NCBI GenBank assembly: GCA_965205015.1
Contig: OZ242029.1
Location: forward strand, 1,472,001 to 1,536,000
Source: Candidatus Poribacteria bacterium
GTDB taxonomy: Bacteria > Poribacteria > WGA-4E > WGA-3G
Length of the DNA stretch: 64,000 nt
Reading direction: 5' to 3'
Under the pieces are notes generated by a model that was not told where the DNA came from, searched no databases, and saw only the letters and a list, made by a program, of their open reading frames with translations. This document shows, piece by piece, positions 1 to 9,644 of this stretch. Within the stretch, counting starts at the first letter, position 1. Each line of letters begins with the position of its first letter. Position numbers and translations under genes: made by a program.

Positions 1-494
1 ATGCCATACGCGCCCGCCTTATCTGATGCTTCCCCGCTCGCAATATAGGCGGCTATCTCGGTACTATGCAATTCCCGAAAGTAAACCTGTGTTGTTTCTG
101 ACCAGACGCTCTCGCGTCCTGTCCCTGCTTCCACCAAGGCTACACCTGTAACAACCTCATGGCATGTGCCACTCAGGCGTGTCAACATTTCGAACGCGTC
201 TGTATCGTCGGTCGGTTTACCGAGAAGTGTCCCCTCCAACGATACCAAAGTATCCGCACCGATAATTATACTTTCATTAAAGTGCTGCGCAACATCTATT
301 GCCTTCAGCAAGGCGAGTTTCTGTGTTACTTCACTCGCAGGGCTATTTAAATACGCGTTGGGTGATGGTTCTATAATATCACTGGGACGCACCTCAAACG
401 TTATGCCGATCTGGGATAATAAAGCAGAACGGCGAGGTGACGCAGATGCCAGAACCAATCGCGGGATTTTTAGAGCGGATTCGCGCGTTTGCAT
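1..494 (-). CDS. maf: Maf family nucleoside-triphosphate pyrophosphatase (3' end runs off the window)
   Basis: Manual minus-strand translation from ATG 494: LVLASASPRR...IIGADTLV...LLGKPTD...HEVVTGV...DKAGAYG, all Maf signatures. Missing from the ORF track because it has no stop in the window. Confidence 0.93.
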   Translation of the reverse strand, partial: MQTRESALKIPRLVLASASPRRSALLSQIGITFEVRPSDIIEPSPNAYLNSPASEVTQKLALLKAIDVAQHFNESIIIGADTLVSLEGTLLGKPTDDTDAFEMLTRLSGTCHEVVTGVALVEAGTGRESVWSETTQVYFRELHSTEIAAYIASGEASDKAGAYG

Positions 495-495
495 G

Positions 496-804
496 CTACT
501 TCAGGTAGTATAAGCGTGTACCTTGTTCTGTGCGGATTTGCAATAAATCCACCTCGACCAACTCTTGCAGCGCGTTCCTAAGACCCCGCTTAGAAAACCC
601 GATATTTTTAAGACGCTGGTCGGATTCTGGTACACGAAACCATCCCGGTTCTTCACCAGAACAATATGCCTTTTTCATAACCCCTAACACACTATACAAA
701 CGCAAAGTCTTCGGAGGTAAGCCAACAAGGGGATTAATTTTAGCAAAGGATTGAAGGGATCCATTCCGCATTGCTTCAGTCCATAAAGAGATAGAATTAC
801 TCAT
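496..804 (-). CDS. Small hypothetical protein, possibly winged helix-turn-helix
   Basis: 102-aa ORF ending 2 nt before the maf start; C-terminus GFSKRGLRNALQELVEVDLLQIRTEQGTRLYYL looks like a wHTH recognition helix plus wing. Confidence 0.55.
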   Translation of the reverse strand: MSNSISLWTEAMRNGSLQSFAKINPLVGLPPKTLRLYSVLGVMKKAYCSGEEPGWFRVPESDQRLKNIGFSKRGLRNALQELVEVDLLQIRTEQGTRLYYLK

Positions 805-846
805 ATCTTGAGTAACGCCTCTATCTACAAACTGGTTACAAAAAAA

Positions 847-1025
847 TTTTTAATTATATCTTGCGGTTCGGTCAAGTGGTTTGTGATATTCACGTTCTCC
901 TCCGTATATCCGCCTGCGTGTTTTTGCAAACGCTGAAATCCAATGCGAAGAAAGTCTTTGCTTGGTGTCTTTGCTTGGGTGTTTCTGCGTATTTCTGCGT
1001 ATTTCTGCGTATTGTTGCAGGCTAT
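847..1025 (-). repeat. Dispersed intergenic repeat (CCGCAAG-ended family) with internal tandem repeats
   Basis: Shares modules TAGCCTGCAACAA, GAAACACCCAAGCAAA and CCGCAAGATATAATTAAAAA with 7804-7912 and 59602-59805; contains (TTTCTGCGTA)x3 at 982-1011. Confidence 0.75.
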
Positions 1026-1109
1026 GTCATCTTCTAAATTATAGTTGAATTTGACAAATTCAGGACATCATGATAAATTCTATTAAATTTTATAGAGGAC
1101 AGGGCACTA

Positions 1110-3080
1110 TTGGCTCCAATAAACGAAAATCGTCTCTCAGGACGTTCCTTCCTGCTCGGCACCTGCTTCGTTATTGTTATATGTTGCATCGTCTCCTACG
1201 CCGAATTAGTAATTACCTACATCCAAATTGGGTTTCTGCAACTTCCACCCGCGGTTATTGGGCTTTTCTTCTTTCTGGTATTAGGGAATCGGTTGCTTGA
1301 AAGACTGAACGCCCGATTTGGGTTGTCACCCCGCGAATTGATGTGCATTTACTGTATGATGCTCGTCGCATCGATGATTTCATCGCGTGGTGTTATGGAA
1401 AAACTCATCCCTGCCCTCATTGCCGTCAACTACTTCACCAACGAAACTAACAGTTGGGACACGCTCTTTTTCCCACACATCAAGCCGTGGCTGATTCCCT
1501 TTTCACCTGAACAGAAAGGACAAGCAACGATCGCCATCAGTTTCTATGAGGGTATACAAACAGGCGACACTGTTCCGTGGCAGGCATGGGTAGAGCCCCT
1601 ATGCGTCTGGGGTGTGCTTGTCTTTTTGGTGTTTACGGCGTTTCTCTGCTTAGCAGCAATTCTCCGGAAACAGTGGATTGAGAACGAGAAACTCACATTC
1701 CCGTTAGTCTCATTACCGCTTGAGTTTGTACACGAGGGACGCGGCTTCCTTCGGAACCGCCTGATGTGGTTCGGGTTTGCACTGCCCGCTCTCATCTTTA
1801 CGTTGAACGGACTTCACGAAATCTGGCCCCAAATCCCGAATCTATCGTTGAGGTACGTACTCAATCAATACTTCACAGAACGACCCTTCAACGCTATGGT
1901 GTACACCCCGATTTTCCTGTCCTTCGCGGCGGTAGGATTCTTTTATCTGCTCCCCACTCAACTCCTTTTCAGTCTATGGTTCTTTTTCTTACTCACACGG
2001 TTCCAAGATGTTATCGCTGCGATATTTGGTTGGCGGGTAAGCACGATGCCGCTCTACCCAACCCGACTCTATATCGGTTATCAAGTTGCTGGCGCTTATA
2101 TGGTACTCGTAATTTCGTTCATCTACATGGGGTTCCCACACTTTCGGCAGGTGTTTCGTCGCGCCTTTACGGGATGGGGAACCCAGCCCCTACCGAAAAC
2201 GGATGACACGGCGGAACTTTTGCCCTACCGCACGGCAGCTTGGGGACTCGTCGTCAGTTTAATCCTTGCGATAGGGTGGTGTTACACGGCAGGGCTGAAT
2301 TTAGGCTTCGCGGCGTTCGAGATACTGGTTTATGTATGTATTGTTGCCGTGGTGATGGCACGTAGCACAGCGGAAGGTGGACTGCTCATGACGGAAACAT
2401 CGTTCCGACCTCTGGATCTCTATCAACTCATCTCAACCAAAGCCGCCCTGGGGGCGCAGAGTCTCACTGTACTGTCATTTCTCGATGCAATCTTCACACG
2501 CGATCAGCGCGGTCTCATCCTCACAGGCTTCTTAGACGGCTTAAAAATTAGGGATCGGGTGGGAATGTCGTATCGTTCGTTGGTGGGGGTGTTTGTGTTA
2601 GGGAGTACACTCGCATTTCTGTGTGCCGCCGTCATTCATCTATGGCTCCCGTATACCCACGGCGCCAATTACATGTATAGCTACACCTATCGCGGCAATC
2701 CGCTCTGGGCATTTCAGGACAACGTCGCAGCGATGGAAGGATTAGGGACCGACCTCCGCACAACAGGAGGGCTCTTTTTTGGCATTGGCGCGTTCGTAAC
2801 AACAGGCTTAGTTATCTTGAGAATGCTATATTGGTGGTGGCCCCTCCATCCCCTTGGATATGCACTATCGGCTTCGTGGACACTGATCGTGTTCTGGTTT
2901 CCCGTTTTCATCGCATGGGGCATCAAAACGCCGCTCCTCCGTTACAGCGGTATCCGACAATATCAACGGCTCCGCCCCTTCTTTTTAGGCATGGTCTTCG
3001 GAGAATTTAGCATGGCGGTTCTCTGGACGCTTATCAGTTGGAGTACGAATGTGCCTGCCCCGTTCTTTCCCTGGCCATAA
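1110..3080 (+). CDS. Polytopic membrane protein, DUF6785/DUF6784-like putative transporter
   Basis: 656 aa with many TM segments; motifs RKQWIENEKLTFPL and WWPLHPLGY typical of this family; TTGACA at 1051 upstream. Confidence 0.75.
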   Translation: MAPINENRLSGRSFLLGTCFVIVICCIVSYAELVITYIQIGFLQLPPAVIGLFFFLVLGNRLLERLNARFGLSPRELMCIYCMMLVASMISSRGVMEKLIPALIAVNYFTNETNSWDTLFFPHIKPWLIPFSPEQKGQATIAISFYEGIQTGDTVPWQAWVEPLCVWGVLVFLVFTAFLCLAAILRKQWIENEKLTFPLVSLPLEFVHEGRGFLRNRLMWFGFALPALIFTLNGLHEIWPQIPNLSLRYVLNQYFTERPFNAMVYTPIFLSFAAVGFFYLLPTQLLFSLWFFFLLTRFQDVIAAIFGWRVSTMPLYPTRLYIGYQVAGAYMVLVISFIYMGFPHFRQVFRRAFTGWGTQPLPKTDDTAELLPYRTAAWGLVVSLILAIGWCYTAGLNLGFAAFEILVYVCIVAVVMARSTAEGGLLMTETSFRPLDLYQLISTKAALGAQSLTVLSFLDAIFTRDQRGLILTGFLDGLKIRDRVGMSYRSLVGVFVLGSTLAFLCAAVIHLWLPYTHGANYMYSYTYRGNPLWAFQDNVAAMEGLGTDLRTTGGLFFGIGAFVTTGLVILRMLYWWWPLHPLGYALSASWTLIVFWFPVFIAWGIKTPLLRYSGIRQYQRLRPFFLGMVFGEFSMAVLWTLISWSTNVPAPFFPWP

Positions 3081-3093
3081 AGAAAACATTCCG

Positions 3094-3122
3094 TTGCGAA
3101 TTAGTTTGGCAGATGATATAAT
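3094..3122 (+). promoter_or_regulatory. Sigma70-type promoter of the ATPase operon
   Basis: TTGCGA-N17-TATAAT with extended -10 TG. Confidence 0.6.
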
Positions 3123-3173
3123 TGCCTTAACTTCAGTTTCAACTTACTGCAAAAACGTGGCGAATTAGGAGAA

Positions 3174-4676
3174 ATGACGATGAGTCAAATTAGAGATATG
3201 CAGCAGCACCCGAACGTCGAAATCTCAGTTAGAAATTTCGGACCGATTGCAGAAGCGAACATTGACCTGCGTCCATTGACGGTATTTATCGGTCCCAGCA
3301 ATACCGGCAAGACCTATTTTTCCACGCAAATCTACACACTACATAGCATTTTCAACGGCTTTTCAGAGTCGGGTTTTTTATCTCCTTTTGGACCAACGAG
3401 TTTCATGGAACTGATGACAGGTAACAATCCAGAACGTGGAATCCTGTTAGATCCTGCTATTGCGGAAGAAGAGATCCAAGAGTTGGCGAAACTGGTAAAA
3501 GCGAGTGAAGGACCGATCAAATTATCAGATTTGACTACGAGAATGCAAAATCAGTTACAGGATATTATCAAGGAATCGAAGGTTTTCAGAGAACCGCTAC
3601 AAGAAGGACTCAAAAATTGCTTCGACCTGAATTCTATTTTGCCTCTAATAAGGTTGACAGAGACACAGCATAATGAAATGTTAGTCTCTCTGAAAGTCAG
3701 TAAAGGAAATAAGGAATGTTGGAAAATCAATCTAAAGGTTTCCGAGTCGGGGATTGTTGTTGACGGGTCAATCGGTGAGGGTATACACCTATTTCCAGAA
3801 GGATGGTCGATGTCCATAAGTGGGTTAGCAGAAAATGAACAGAGAGTTTCTTTTAACCATCCTTGGCCGAATTCACTAAAAAGAAATCGGTATTATTTGC
3901 CAGCTGCTCGGAGCGGCATTATGCAGAGCCATCGAGTTATAATGAGTTCCCTTGTTAAACGCACTACTCGAGTCGGTTTAGAACGTTTCCCAGAGGTGCC
4001 AACCTTGCCAGGAGTGATAGCGGAATTCATGCAACAAATCATTCTTTACGAAGAAGACAGGGTCCCTAACGGAGAAATACAGCACATTGCAGATGTATTA
4101 GAAACTGATGTACTTGCTGGGCAAATACATGTGAAACCATCACCAAGTGGATATCCGGACTTCCGTTACCGTCCATGCGGGACAAAAGAGGATATGCGTC
4201 TAAGTCAAGCCTCATCAATGGTATCTGAACTTGCCCCTCTGGCCCTGTTTATTCGAGGTCTCATCCGCCCTGGCGATACACTTATCATTGAAGAGCCCGA
4301 AGCACATTTGCACCCGGGTGCCCAGACAGAAATCGCCGCTACCTTAGGACGCTTGATACGCGCCGGAGTCCGCGTAGTGGTAACAACGCATAGCGATTGG
4401 TTACTCAAGGAAATCGGGAATCTGATTCGTGAAGGCGTTCTTATGGAAAAAGGTGAATTGCGGAAGAAATCTAACGGACCAGAAAGTTGGCTACTGCCAA
4501 ATGAGGTCGGGGCGTGGCAATTCCACAGGGAAAAACCTGTGGAACCACTACACTTTACGAATCTTGATGGAATAGATCCACCGGATTACGAGGAATTAGC
4601 ACTGAATCTGTATAACCGCTCAGCCGGACTCCACAACCAACTCGAGGTAACGGAAGGCGATAATACCAGTGAATGA
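3174..4676 (+). CDS. ABC-type ATPase of the AAA_15/AAA_21 class (defence/TA-associated)
   Basis: NFGPI, Walker A GPSNTGKT, signature-like SQASSMVSE, Walker B IIEEPEAHLHP, H-loop TTHS. Confidence 0.85.
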   Translation: MTMSQIRDMQQHPNVEISVRNFGPIAEANIDLRPLTVFIGPSNTGKTYFSTQIYTLHSIFNGFSESGFLSPFGPTSFMELMTGNNPERGILLDPAIAEEEIQELAKLVKASEGPIKLSDLTTRMQNQLQDIIKESKVFREPLQEGLKNCFDLNSILPLIRLTETQHNEMLVSLKVSKGNKECWKINLKVSESGIVVDGSIGEGIHLFPEGWSMSISGLAENEQRVSFNHPWPNSLKRNRYYLPAARSGIMQSHRVIMSSLVKRTTRVGLERFPEVPTLPGVIAEFMQQIILYEEDRVPNGEIQHIADVLETDVLAGQIHVKPSPSGYPDFRYRPCGTKEDMRLSQASSMVSELAPLALFIRGLIRPGDTLIIEEPEAHLHPGAQTEIAATLGRLIRAGVRVVVTTHSDWLLKEIGNLIREGVLMEKGELRKKSNGPESWLLPNEVGAWQFHREKPVEPLHFTNLDGIDPPDYEELALNLYNRSAGLHNQLEVTEGDNTSE

Positions 4677-5166
4677 GCGTCAGGTTTTTGGCGAAATTCA
4701 AAGACAAATCAACAGAGATAGCTTGATCAATTCCTGTAGTGGTGAAGGTTGTACCGTGGACATGGAGGGCGTTCCGTCTAAACGAATTATAGTCCATGTG
4801 GAAAATGAATTTGATCTTCAAAAGAGGACTGAAAAGCGGTGTGACCGGCTTCTTTTTTTCGTTAACACAGAAAACAGACTCGTAGCAGTGCCGATTGAAC
4901 TCAAGAGCGGCACAGCTCAAGAATCTGATGTCGTTGAAAAATTGGAAAACAGCCTGAAGTTTGCCGAAAGAATTGCCGCAGCAACGAGCACTCCTCGGAC
5001 AGAATACTGTCCGGTTCTATTTCATGGTCGAGGCATTAAATGGAACAACCCGAGAGGACTCAAACAACTCAGAGTGCGATTCCGTGGGGATTTGCTAGTC
5101 CTGAGAGGAAAGTGCAGTGGTAAAAATCATCTAGCAAATCTCCTGATTAACTCTGGCTACCTCTGA
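4669..5166 (+). CDS. Hypothetical protein, putative PD-(D/E)xK-like nuclease partner of the ATPase
   Basis: Overlaps the ATPase stop by 8 nt; KRCDRLLF...VPIELKSG fits a D...ExK motif. Confidence 0.55.
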   Translation: MNERQVFGEIQRQINRDSLINSCSGEGCTVDMEGVPSKRIIVHVENEFDLQKRTEKRCDRLLFFVNTENRLVAVPIELKSGTAQESDVVEKLENSLKFAERIAAATSTPRTEYCPVLFHGRGIKWNNPRGLKQLRVRFRGDLLVLRGKCSGKNHLANLLINSGYL

Positions 5167-5220
5167 TCTGCTATGCGATATGCTTGTTGCAACAAGAAAC
5201 GTACTTTTTACAAATCTCCT

Positions 5221-6351
5221 TCACGCAGCAGTCCGATTCCGTGCGATGACCTCCCATGTCCCACGACAATACCCATCCGCATCCACGACATAGTAAAAAG
5301 GATGTAGTGCCACACACGGACAGATATGCGTCGGACAGACGTAAATTTCTTGTCCGATATGTATCGGTGTGCTGTCAGGAACGTTAATCGCCCAATGCTC
5401 CTCGTGCTGTTTGTCCACATCAGCACCGTCAACATTCAAAACAACGCCACGCGCACCGTCAGGATCCGCGGCAATGGCTTTATGTCCCAAATCAAGCGTA
5501 ATCCTATGAGGCGTAGGAATACTAATCACACGGCTCAGGAGCAGTGCTGCAGGGGTAAAACCGAGATCGGGAAAGTGGGTGCTGTAACCGTAATCATGAA
5601 AAACAAAAGTGCCAGGGGATGCCTCTACACCCGGTGTCTCTGCATAGATAGGAAAGGTCGGTGTACCACCCATCACAACCAATGGCACGTCAAGTCCTTT
5701 GGAAGCAAGTCTATCTTTCATATCTTCTACCTGCGCGAGACTTTTATCGCAGGACACCTTTCGATCAGCGACATCTTCATCGTGAATATGTCCATCGTAG
5801 ACGTGCAATCCCCACGGTTGTAATCCGTCTACCGTTTCAATCTGTGCGTAGACATCCACAGCGGCATCACCGACAGGTATCCCCGTGCGATTCATGCCTA
5901 CATCCAGGTCCAGCATAACTTTGACGGTCACACCGTGCTTCGCCGCTGCTGATGAGAGAGCTGCCACCGATTCTTGATGATCGACAACGACCTTGAAATC
6001 AGCATCTGGATACTGTAGTTGTAGCGAAACAAAACGGTTGACATTCGGTCCTACCATCTGATAGGCAATCAGAATATCCTCTATACCGTTCTGCGCCAGC
6101 ATCTCTGCTTCCCGCAACGTGGCGCATTTGTGTTTGAGGATACCGGCATCCCGTTCCATAGCGATAATCTCTGCGGTTTTATGCGTCTTCGCGTGCGGTC
6201 TGAGCCTCGAGACATCTCCACCGACGGTCGCAATCGCATGTTCAATGTTATACCGAACCTGCTCGAGATAGACAACCAGCGATGGACTCGGTATCGTCTC
6301 AACGTTCTGAATACGGTATCTTTTATCCACGGTTTTACCCCTTTCCGACAC
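5221..6351 (-). CDS. D-TA family PLP-dependent enzyme (D-threonine aldolase/D-serine dehydratase-like)
   Basis: RPHAKTHK PLP lysine, GMNRTG, LHVYDGH, GGTPT, EEHW, PTHICP. The true start may be GTG 6330. Confidence 0.88.
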   Translation of the reverse strand: MSERGKTVDKRYRIQNVETIPSPSLVVYLEQVRYNIEHAIATVGGDVSRLRPHAKTHKTAEIIAMERDAGILKHKCATLREAEMLAQNGIEDILIAYQMVGPNVNRFVSLQLQYPDADFKVVVDHQESVAALSSAAAKHGVTVKVMLDLDVGMNRTGIPVGDAAVDVYAQIETVDGLQPWGLHVYDGHIHDEDVADRKVSCDKSLAQVEDMKDRLASKGLDVPLVVMGGTPTFPIYAETPGVEASPGTFVFHDYGYSTHFPDLGFTPAALLLSRVISIPTPHRITLDLGHKAIAADPDGARGVVLNVDGADVDKQHEEHWAINVPDSTPIHIGQEIYVCPTHICPCVALHPFYYVVDADGYCRGTWEVIARNRTAA

Positions 6352-6381
6352 TTCTGTTGGTATACACCACCAAGTTTCCCT

Positions 6382-7803
6382 TTAAGTCAATGTTGCAGTA
6401 CGCAGGATAATCCGATCCTCTGTCCAGTTATCGCGATACCACGTACACGCTTCAAAGGTATCGTTAATCGCATTCATGCGCTGCTGTAAGACGATTCGGA
6501 ATTGATCTCGAAGTCTGGTCGATTCGGGTTCGTCCATCAGATTACGGGTTTGGAACGGATCCGCGACATTATCAAAGAGTTTCTCACTTCGATCTGGACG
6601 GTGGATGGCGTAGGTATATCGCTTTGTCCGGAGGGCGCGCCACTCATAACCATCTTCCCACTTGGCAGTACATCCCATTCCTTGCATGAACGCCGCATCC
6701 GGTTCATCAGCGGATTGGTGAAACGGGACGTTGCTGAAATCTCTCCCTTCAACAGTTTCTGGAATCGGCAGATCCATCATAGATAACAAGGTCGGCATGA
6801 TGTCGGGTGTGTTCAGGCATGCATCTGAGACATGCCTCTTCGGAATTTGTCCGTGCAACCGAACAAGGAACGGAACGCGCACTGCCTCTTCATAAAAGAT
6901 GTTCTTTGCGCGGCGACCCTGTGCACCAAACATCTCGCCGTGATCGGAAGTGAACACAAAGATCGTATCGTCTCGCAATCCGAGATCATCAACGGTTTGT
7001 AGCAACCGCCCAATATTCCGATCCAAGTTGGCAGTCATGGCGTAATAGACACGCATCCACTCAGGCAATTCGGCACGTTCTGCGGGGGACATAATTGCCC
7101 ATGTATCGCCGTAAGGGTCATTTTCATCGCGATAATTTGGTGGTAACGGGAAATCAACATCCTGGAACATCTCATAATCGGCAGATGGAACGTTGTCTTG
7201 CGTCCACGGGTCGTGCGGTGTCCCGATTGAAAGAAAAAGCGCGAACGGATCATCACTTGTTGCAGCCCGTTGCAGATAATCAATTGCCATATCGGTTTGA
7301 CCGTCCGGTTCATAACCCGGTAGCACGATCTTTTCAGGCGAATCCCTGTGGTAATATGTGTCAAAGTACAAATGATGAAAATTGTATGCTGACCACTCAC
7401 CCTCAAAACCGAGCCGATGTGGTCCCGGCGGAATGTAAGAGTTCTCGGGGTCGTTGTGTCTCCCCAATTGATTTGCCCACAAATGCCATTTCCCGATGTA
7501 ACTTGTCTGGTAACCGTTGCGATGTAAAACATGCCCGAAACAGTCATGATTCGGGTTCATGCGAAGCTCATTAATCGCCATACCGGTACTACTTGCGTAT
7601 TTGCCGGTGAAGAGTGAGGCACGATACGGAGCACACATCGGGCTACCGGAAACAGCGTTGCAGAAATTTGTACTCTCCGTAGCGAGCTGATCGATATTAG
7701 GTGTACGCGCGCGGGCATCGCCAGCGTAGCCACACGACTGGTAGCGGAGCTGATCGGCGAAAACATAGACCAGATTCGGTCGCTTTCCAACTGAACGAGA
7801 CAT
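6382..7803 (-). CDS. Sulfatase (Cys-type, S1 family)
   Basis: PNLVYVFADQ, CAPYRASLFTG (CxPxR), GKWHL, FTSDHG. Confidence 0.93.
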   Translation of the reverse strand: MSRSVGKRPNLVYVFADQLRYQSCGYAGDARARTPNIDQLATESTNFCNAVSGSPMCAPYRASLFTGKYASSTGMAINELRMNPNHDCFGHVLHRNGYQTSYIGKWHLWANQLGRHNDPENSYIPPGPHRLGFEGEWSAYNFHHLYFDTYYHRDSPEKIVLPGYEPDGQTDMAIDYLQRAATSDDPFALFLSIGTPHDPWTQDNVPSADYEMFQDVDFPLPPNYRDENDPYGDTWAIMSPAERAELPEWMRVYYAMTANLDRNIGRLLQTVDDLGLRDDTIFVFTSDHGEMFGAQGRRAKNIFYEEAVRVPFLVRLHGQIPKRHVSDACLNTPDIMPTLLSMMDLPIPETVEGRDFSNVPFHQSADEPDAAFMQGMGCTAKWEDGYEWRALRTKRYTYAIHRPDRSEKLFDNVADPFQTRNLMDEPESTRLRDQFRIVLQQRMNAINDTFEACTWYRDNWTEDRIILRTATLT

Positions 7804-7912
7804 TTTTTAATTATACCTTGCGGAGAAAGGACGGGGGTTAGAACTTTGACGTACCTTCCTTAAATCTGAGGAAACGCCCAAGCAAAAACCCTTCCATTTC
7901 ATTACAGGCTAT
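7804..7912 (-). repeat. Dispersed repeat (CCGCAAGG-ended family) abutting the sulfatase start
   Basis: Minus strand TAGCCTGTAATGAAATGGAAGG...TTTTTGCTTGGGCGTTTC...CCGCAAGGTATAATTAAAAA followed directly by ATG. Confidence 0.75.
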
Positions 7913-8135
7913 GGGTTTCGAGCTAATTCCAACGAGGTCTGAACCCCGTAGGCGTGAAAATTGTTACGTTTATGATGCCTACAGTATAGCATATTCCAGC
8001 AGATTATTCAAAAAAAAACAAGCACTCGCGAGGCACACAAAAGCCAAAAAAGCGGGAGTTTTTTGCAAGATATGAAAAAGTGGGCGTTGTAGAAATGACG
8101 ACACCGCTGCACGATGGCCTTTTCTTTCCCCGCTT

Positions 8136-9548
8136 TCACTTATCAGATGGCTTTCTCCATTGCCCTCCAGTGACCTGATCTATCAGCATACGCGCTTTTT
8201 GACTCGCTCGAACCTGCTTCTCGATTTCAACAGGATCCCACTTCGCTAACAATTGTGCTTCAAGCTCTTGGCAGATTCCTTGATATGCCGCTTCATCGGC
8301 GAGATTCCGAAATTCGTTCGGATCTTCGGCAATATCGTAAAGTTCTGGTGCATCGCCGAGGCTGTAGTTGAATTTGTACCGTCCTTTCCGCAGCATCGCC
8401 ATGGGGCGTTCAACACCGTGCGCTAGGTATTCAGAAAACGCGAGATCCTTCCAATCACTTGCAGTATCCTGCACTAAAGGCATCAGACTATCCCCATCCA
8501 GTTGACTCAAGAACTGTGCCCCTGCAATATCAACGAGCGTCGCTGTTAGATCTACGAGGGACACGATCTCATCAACGCATTTGCCTGCGGATAAATGGTC
8601 GGGAAACATAATCTGTAAGGGGATGCGAGCGGATGCCTCGTAGAAATTCGATTTGCGCCACATGCCGTGTTCGCCGTTCATCTCACCGTGGTCGCTGGTA
8701 TAGACGACGACCGTATTCTCCAACTGATCGGTCTCCTCAAGTGCCTTGAGCAAGTTGCCAATCTTTTCGTCAAGGTAGGTAATCAACCCATAATAGCCCG
8801 CCCTTCCGCGACGCACCAGTTCTTCGGGGAAGTCAACACACCCGAACATACGCCGCATCCGTTGGTAGACGGGATGTTGGTTTTCGAGGTGTCCCTCTGG
8901 AATGTTGGGTAGATCGATCTCATCAAGTGGATAGAGGTCCCAAAACCGCTGTGGCACGATGAGCGGGAAATGCGGCGCGATAAACGAGACATTGAGTGCC
9001 CACGGCTGTTCGTGGCGTACCGGATCTCGGAGATACGCCAAAGCCTCTGTTTCCGCGAGGTCATCGACTTCAATTTCCTCCATTGTTCCCGGACGTGCCT
9101 GTGCGAGCCCTTGCCAGGGACGCGGTGCCGGTGGTGTGCCGTTATTCCAGTCCGTCAGTCCGTGCTGTCGTTCTGCGTGCAGATCGCGGGCGAGTTGTGC
9201 CCGAAATCCGTGGAGCTGATCCATACCACCGAAGTGCTGTTTCCCAGAGAGCACGACATCGTAGCCTTCTGCCCGCAGGAGATGTGCCCATGTGACAGCA
9301 TCTGGACGCAGGGGCGCGGCGTTGTCCCATGCACCGATTTTGTGGATATATCGACCCGTCATAAATGACATCCGAGATGGCATACAGAGCGGTGAATTGC
9401 AGTAGGCATTGGTGAAGGTGACACCCTCTTCAGCGAGCCTGTCCATGTGCGGCGTTTGGACGAGTGAGTGTCCGTAGGGACCGCTGTACATCGGGGCATG
9501 TTCGTCGGACATGATGATAAGGAGATTGGGTTTCTGTTTTGAGGGCAT
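8136..9548 (-). CDS. Choline-sulfatase-like sulfatase
   Basis: PNLLIIMSDEH, NSPLCMPSRMSFMTG, SGKQHF, YTSDHG; ATG 9548 preferred over 9569. Confidence 0.88.
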   Translation of the reverse strand: MPSKQKPNLLIIMSDEHAPMYSGPYGHSLVQTPHMDRLAEEGVTFTNAYCNSPLCMPSRMSFMTGRYIHKIGAWDNAAPLRPDAVTWAHLLRAEGYDVVLSGKQHFGGMDQLHGFRAQLARDLHAERQHGLTDWNNGTPPAPRPWQGLAQARPGTMEEIEVDDLAETEALAYLRDPVRHEQPWALNVSFIAPHFPLIVPQRFWDLYPLDEIDLPNIPEGHLENQHPVYQRMRRMFGCVDFPEELVRRGRAGYYGLITYLDEKIGNLLKALEETDQLENTVVVYTSDHGEMNGEHGMWRKSNFYEASARIPLQIMFPDHLSAGKCVDEIVSLVDLTATLVDIAGAQFLSQLDGDSLMPLVQDTASDWKDLAFSEYLAHGVERPMAMLRKGRYKFNYSLGDAPELYDIAEDPNEFRNLADEAAYQGICQELEAQLLAKWDPVEIEKQVRASQKARMLIDQVTGGQWRKPSDK

Positions 9549-9644
9549 AGTGTTTCTACATGGACTCAATCAATCCATAGGCAATCAACTTTAAGATTAA
9601 CAAGTAATTGTTCAAGGCTCGTTCCGTCTTGGAGATGGGATAGG

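Noticed and set aside
159-513. Plus-strand ORFs 159-350 and 166-513
   Set aside because: Antisense shadows of the minus-strand maf gene.
954-1013. Short direct repeats as a possible CRISPR array
   Set aside because: Units are 10-13 bp and adjacent, with no unique spacers; part of a dispersed repeat.
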